Of a stretch of 64,000 bases of DNA, positions 60,637-64,000 are shown piece after piece; the stretch's first letter is position 1, and each line of letters starts with the position of its first letter. Location: IMG/VR virus record IMGVR_UViG_3300031576_000025, positions 18,219-82,218 of that record. One strand, given 5' to 3'. A model generated the notes under the pieces. It was given only the letters and a program-made list of their open reading frames with translations. It was not told the origin of the DNA and made no database searches. A program made the position numbers and the translations under genes. This DNA comes from a virus.

Positions 60637-61067
60637 CGGTGCGCACCGCCAAGGTCACCCTGCCAGCCGCCAGGCACGGCCGCGGCGCGCGCCGCGGGAA
60701 GGCCCTGCGCAGCTTCGCGCAATGGCTGGTGTCCGCATACCCCGGCCGCCTCCCGCTGACGTTCACGCTGGTGCCGCACGACGCCGTGCAGTCCATTGAC
60801 GGAAAGGGCGGCTTTGCCGTCTACCTGCCCGCCAAGAACGTGATTTATCAGGCGACCGGCGACCGGCGGCTGGACGCAGACGCCATGGCGCACGTGCTGG
60901 CGCACGAATACAAGCACTACCTGCAACGCTGCGCGCGGACGCCGTACACGCACCGCGGCGTGGCGCGCTGGGCCTGGGCGCGGGTGCGCGAATACAAGGA
61001 CCAAAGGCAGTACGGACGGACGGCGAAGAAAACTTCAAGGCGGCGCACCAGGGGGGTTCTGGCATGA
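60633..61067 (+). CDS. HExxH metallopeptidase-like protein
   Basis: VLAHEYKHYLQ. Confidence 0.55.
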   Translation: MTVRTAKVTLPAARHGRGARRGKALRSFAQWLVSAYPGRLPLTFTLVPHDAVQSIDGKGGFAVYLPAKNVIYQATGDRRLDADAMAHVLAHEYKHYLQRCARTPYTHRGVARWAWARVREYKDQRQYGRTAKKTSRRRTRGVLA

Positions 61068-61639
61068 AAGGGAAGCAGGCAGCCGCGGTGGACGCTGGCG
61101 CTGGGCCGCTGGACGCGGCCGAAGTGGACATGACGAAGGGCGGGCGGTTCCGCAAGGTCACGGCCACGCTGGCGCTGCAAATGGACCGGCCTTTCAGGGT
61201 CCAGACCAAGGAAGGCGTCATGGTCGGAAAGGCTGGGGACTGGTTGGCCGAAGGCGCGCACGGCGAACGCTACCCCATTGACGCCGCGATTTTCGCGGAC
61301 ACCTACGTGCCCGCCGCCAGCGGGGCCCCCAACGGGTCGCGGGTCTACGCGGCGCTGGGCTATGAAGTCCAGTTCCAGCACGGGCCGCGGGAAGAAAAGG
61401 GGCGCAACGGGTGCCGGGTGGACGAGCTGCTGCGGCTGTGCATGGTCCGGCTGGACCAGCTGAACGCCGGTGCCGGGGCCTGCCGGGAATTCAGCCTGTC
61501 CCTGACCCACCTGGAAACCGCCCTGTTGTGGCTGCAACGGCGGACCCAGCGCCGGGTGGAACAGGGGGTGTCCGGCACCAACAAGCCGCACACCAACGCC
61601 TACCAGCTGGTGGAAAGCCCCATGGCGGTTTCCACGTGA
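61064..61639 (+). CDS. Fusion of a PGDYG-like domain and a Tad1-like (Thoeris anti-defence sponge) domain
   Basis: N: T.EG.M.G..GDWL..G..GERYPI...IF..TY; C: VQFQ.GP..E.G.NG...ELL....RL...AG...REFS..LTHLE.ALLWL.RR...R...V.GTN. Confidence 0.75.
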   Translation: MKGKQAAAVDAGAGPLDAAEVDMTKGGRFRKVTATLALQMDRPFRVQTKEGVMVGKAGDWLAEGAHGERYPIDAAIFADTYVPAASGAPNGSRVYAALGYEVQFQHGPREEKGRNGCRVDELLRLCMVRLDQLNAGAGACREFSLSLTHLETALLWLQRRTQRRVEQGVSGTNKPHTNAYQLVESPMAVST

Positions 61640-63688
61640 AAACACGCCATGTGGCCGGGCCGGACGACCGGGTGGCGGTTCTGGACGCCCCCGTGGTCCC
61701 CACCGGCGGCGCTGACCAGGCCACGAAGCCGGAAGAAAAGGAATCCATTGACGACCTGTACCGGCGGGCGCGCAAGCCCCCCGCGGAAGGTCCGTGCAAG
61801 GGCTGCGGACAGGACCGGCCGCTGAACCGCCTAATGCTTTGCTTCCGCTGCTGGGTGCTTAAGAACTTGTCCGACTGGGCCAAGCTGGAAGGTAACAGCT
61901 GGTCCGTGGGTCAGCCGCACCCGTCGTGGTGCCACTGCGGGCTGCCGGAACATGCCGGGCAGGGCGGCGGGAACTAGGGGGGGTCATGCAATCGCGCAAG
62001 CTGTTTGTGGTGGACCAGGTGACGGACGACAGCACGGGCTGCCACGTCGTCGGGGAACTGGATTACGGAATCTTCGGTGACGCTTACGACTACCTGGCGA
62101 ACGAACCGGACGGCCGGGCGAAACTGTCGGCTTTCCTGAAAGGCTTGGCTGACGCCGCCCTAAACGGCACCGCGCCGTTCAGCAAGGCCGTGGTGGAAAC
62201 GGCCAAGCGGCAGCCTGGCGCGCCGGTGGCAAAGTCCGCGGTTCTGGCCGCCCCGGGGACCCCCCCCGGCGGCGGTGCCCCCGTGGAACCTGGGCGCAAG
62301 GGCGTCCACCCGCTGGCCGCGGCCTTGGTGGCGCTGACCGAATGGCGCAAGCGGCGCGCGCAGACGCCCCCGTTGCCAAAGCCAATGGGGTGGTGGTAGC
62401 CGTGGCCGTCAACGTGTGGGGGTGGCGGCGCTGGGTGGCCTGGGGCACGCTGACCGTGCTGGTGGGGGCGGCGCTGGCAGGGGCGTGGGGCTGCGCGCCG
62501 CGCAAGGTCGCGCCGGTGACCGGCCTGCCTAGCGCGGCACAGACCGTGGTTAACAGCAGCACGACCTACCGGGTGGACCAGGGGCAGCCCGCGGCGCGCC
62601 CGGCGGCTGCGGTGAAGCCGTGCCCGCTGGACCCTGGGGCCCCGTGCAGCCTGGGCACGCCAGGGTCATGGGACGCCCCGGCGACCCGCGACACGCCGGG
62701 AAAACGGTAGGCCGTATGGCGCAGCAAGAAATGGCCAGGTTGCTGGTGGACAAGGACTGCAAGGCGTGCGTGACGGATTGGCTGCGCGGGCCGCAAGCCG
62801 CAGCCGGTCTGGCGGCCGGTGGCGACGTTGCCGGGCTGCTGACGTTCAAGCCGTGCGCGGACCACAAGCGGTTCGCCTGCGGCTGCGTGCTGGAACAGCT
62901 GGACCGCGGCAAGGTGTCCATGACGCCATGCCAGGTGCACGCGGCGGAAATGTTCACCAAGGGCGGCTTCACAATGGACTTCGCGCCCCCGAAGCCCCCG
63001 GTCACCGCCACGCTGGTCAACAACGGCGTGACGCGCCTGGCCGACAGCCTGAAGTGCAAGGGCTGCCACCCGCTGACCGGCGTGGTTCAGGACGCCAAGC
63101 TGGTCCGGCGCGTGGTGGTGGATGGCGCGCCAGCGGGGGAATACCGCTGCCCGCTGGACCATGTTTTCACGGCCGGACCTGTCACGGTGACGCCCACATG
63201 AAGCTGGGCAGCTGCCGCGCGTGGGTCCCGACCACGTACTACCGGGACGTTGGCCTGTGCGACTGCAAGCTGGCGATTCAGGATGGCTACTGCGTGCGGC
63301 ACAGGTCGCGCGCCGCCGCCTTGCAGCCCAACGACGTTGCCAGGCTGGTGTGCCGCGGCTGCGGCGCGACAGCGGGCACGCGGGAAGGCGAAGTGGTGGC
63401 GCGCGCGTGTTTTCAGCACGCCTTCGCGCGCTGCGGCGGGAAGGTGGTTTTGGTGGCGGCGCGCTTGCCGGAATCGGTCAAGCGAATGCTGGGGGTGTAA
63501 TGGCGAAGCGGTGCAGGTTTCTTGCTGGTGGTTCCAGCCTGGCGACGGGCAAGCTGTGCGGCGCGCCGGGGCAGCGTGTGCTAGTGACGGTGCTTGAGGG
63601 GTTCCAGGCCAACGGGCCGGTGCTGCGCCCAGCGCAGGCCGCCGTAGCTGTGACGCTGTGCCAGACGCACCAGGGCGTGTTCGGGTGA
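61636..63688 (+). CDS. Six small genes (61636-61977, 61986-62399, ~62390-62710 lipoprotein-like, 62716-63201, 63198-63500, 63500-63688)
   Basis: Coupled ORFs, mostly Cys-rich; ALAGAWGC lipobox in the third. Confidence 0.55.
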
Positions 63689-63963
63689 CGCCGCCGGTCG
63701 GCGTTTCTTGCCCGGCTTGCCCGGACAGCATGGGGCTGACGGACACGGGGCTGTGCGTGCGCTGCGAAGGAAGCGGCGTGGTTCTGCTGGACGCGGGGCT
63801 GGGGCATGGCGCAATGGTGGCGCAGGCCGCTGTTAACGGCAAGGTTCCAGGTTCGAGTCCTGGTGCCCCAGTCGCGGGCCCGGTCAACAGCAGGGCGTTG
63901 TCCGCGCACGACGGGACGGCGTGGGTGGATTGGCTGGACACCGGGGTGGCGGAGCATGGGTGA
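63685..63963 (+). CDS. Zn-finger microprotein ORF spanning the tRNA gene
   Basis: GTGA start overlap; CPAC..CVRC; stop overlaps the next ATG (63956). Confidence 0.45.
   Translation: MTPPVGVSCPACPDSMGLTDTGLCVRCEGSGVVLLDAGLGHGAMVAQAAVNGKVPGSSPGAPVAGPVNSRALSAHDGTAWVDWLDTGVAEHG
63800..63871 (+). tRNA. tRNA-Asn (GTT), no encoded CCA
   Basis: TGGGGCA/TGCCCCA acceptor, GCGC D-stem, GCCG-CT GTT AA-CGGC anticodon arm, CCAGG-TTCGAGT-CCTGG T-arm, G73. Confidence 0.9.
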
Positions 63964-64000
63964 CAACGCGGCGGAAGTGGCGCGGGCGGTGGCTGCCGAC

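Noticed and set aside
1-64000. Alternative genetic code, host genes or prophage boundary
   Set aside because: Genes read intact in code 11 using all three stops; the whole window is phage-like

Overview
A 64-kb, high-GC segment of a tailed dsDNA phage (long non-contractile tail type, probably temperate), with no host genes visible. Positions 1-26.3 kb (+ strand) hold the late genes: the end of an HK97-type prohead protease/scaffold, major capsid, fibre-like genes placed unusually before the neck genes, connectors, tail tube, chaperone, tape measure and two tail-tip proteins. These are followed by a cassette of signal-peptide-bearing fibre-like proteins (including a ~1655-aa mosaic-repeat protein) and a lysis region with a Peptidase M15 endolysin. 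Positions 26.5-28.4 kb (- strand) hold a XerC/D-like tyrosine recombinase and small ORFs. Positions 28.5-64 kb (+ strand) form a long, translationally coupled early/middle region: DUF932, YkgJ, Toprim-like, Cro-like HTH, annealing protein plus Cas4-like exonuclease, initiator plus DnaC, DUF5131, DNA methyltransferase, ASCH, SprT, ART-like, AAA+, MmcB, RusA-like, a Tad1-like anti-defence fusion, dozens of Cys-rich microproteins and a tRNA-Asn nested inside an ORF. The most notable observations are: (i) a repeated early regulatory unit (sigma70 promoter, dyad operator in the spacer, covarying CAAGR-loop hairpin before the RBS); (ii) the apparently exported fibre cassette; (iii) the two-domain Tad1 fusion; (iv) 29-bp inverted repeats beside the recombinase; (v) the in-frame tRNA. 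All family calls come from motif recognition by eye, not from database searches.
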